Source: Prasinococcaceae sp. CCMP 1430
Taxonomy: Eukaryota > Plantae > Prasinodermophyta
Reading direction: 5' to 3'
DNA: 18,432 bases
Assembly (NCBI GenBank): GCA_013416795.1
Contig: RQSC01001393.1
Location: 76,519-94,950 of the forward strand
The translations under genes were made by a program, and so were the position numbers. Within the stretch, counting starts at the first letter, position 1; every line of letters begins with the position of its first letter. Shown here piece after piece: positions 17,201 through 18,432 of this stretch. The notes beneath the pieces were generated by a model. It did not search any database, had not been told where the DNA came from, and was given only the letters and a program-made list of their open reading frames with translations.

Positions 17201-17766
17201 TCCTCTCGGGCCTGCTGCGGCGCGCGGCGGCGTTCGAGGGATGCCGAATAAGGGTGTTTTGCATGGGAGAGGGGAGCGAGCTCGGGGCGCTCAAGGAGGA
17301 CGTGCAGCGTTTCCTGTACGACCTGCGCATGGACGCCACCGTGACGGTGCTATCAGTGGCGGACGCCGACAAATGCCAGCACTGCAATTCGCCCAACCAC
17401 GACATCGCGAGGCGACTCGAGACGTACAAGCAGTCCCTTCTGTACGTGCGGGAGTCCGCTTCGAGCGAGCAAAGCGGCGATGATGCGGATCGGAAGAGGG
17501 AGCGCAGGAAAGGACGGGTGGCCCAGGGCGTGCCCTCGGAGGCGCACGTCACACATTGCTTGCACGCGTCGCTCAAGCTCAACGCCACCGTGCGCCTGCA
17601 TTCGACGGGCAAGGCCGCGCTGGTGCTGCTGTCAATGCCACCCCCTCCACCCGATGAGCCGGCGAGCAACTACATGACTTACATGGACGCGCTGCTGGTG
17701 GGCATCACTACGCCCACGATGGTCGTCCGGGGGTACAGGCGCAGCGTGGTTTCAATATATCAATAG
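14210..17766 (+). CDS. CCC1: Cation-chloride cotransporter (SLC12, plant CCC1/KCC-like), 1087 aa; exons 14210-14727, 14845-16992 and 17169-17766
   Basis: LGTMMGVFVPCLQNILGVIL|FIRLSWIVG, GGGPYFLISRTLGPEVG, FFPSVTGIMAGSNRS, PNWRPRWKY, HPKNWYP, IDLY|WLVRDGGLMLLL and RGYRRSVV. Introns 14728-14844 (CTAAC branch) and 16993-17168 (CTGAC branch); 3264 nt in frame. The start ATG at 14210 is the first in-frame ATG. Confidence 0.95.
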
Positions 17767-17872
17767 CGCCACTGGCCGCACGTGCGGGCCGGGTGCGCTG
17801 TTTGTCGTGTACAGATGCGGGGCCGCGCTGCGCCGCAGCGGGGGTCGCACTGGCTGCGGTTGGCGCCTGCCG

Positions 17873-18430
<558 letters not shown>

Positions 18431-18432
18431 GC

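Noticed and set aside
1870-17766. Functional ion/solute transport cluster (SLC6, DTC, CCC1)
   Set aside because: The three families are unrelated in function, act in different compartments and are interleaved with unrelated genes. Co-location is explained by gene density.

Overview
This is compact, very GC-rich eukaryotic DNA, not prokaryotic. It holds eight protein-coding genes in strictly alternating orientation (+,-,+,-,+,-,+,-), with seven short GT-AG introns of 107-207 nt, six of which have a CTRAC branch motif. There is one 105-N assembly gap. The genes are a HotDog thioesterase, an SLC6/NSS transporter, an atypical PI4K-like kinase, an Sfi1-like 33-aa-repeat protein, the mitochondrial carrier DTC, cycloartenol synthase, the cation-chloride cotransporter CCC1 and a UBE2E-type E2 enzyme. 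DTC, CAS and CCC1 are plant-like, so a green alga is inferred (an early-branching picoplanktonic lineage such as Prasinoderma would fit, but this is not verified). I found no rRNA, tRNA, CRISPR array or convincing mobile element, and no clear multi-gene novel system. The best leads are an unexplained three-block non-coding element shared by two divergent intergenic regions, a divergent Sfi1-like repeat protein, and a kinase with a DRHxxH catalytic loop. All comparisons to known proteins are from recalled family motifs; no database search was run.
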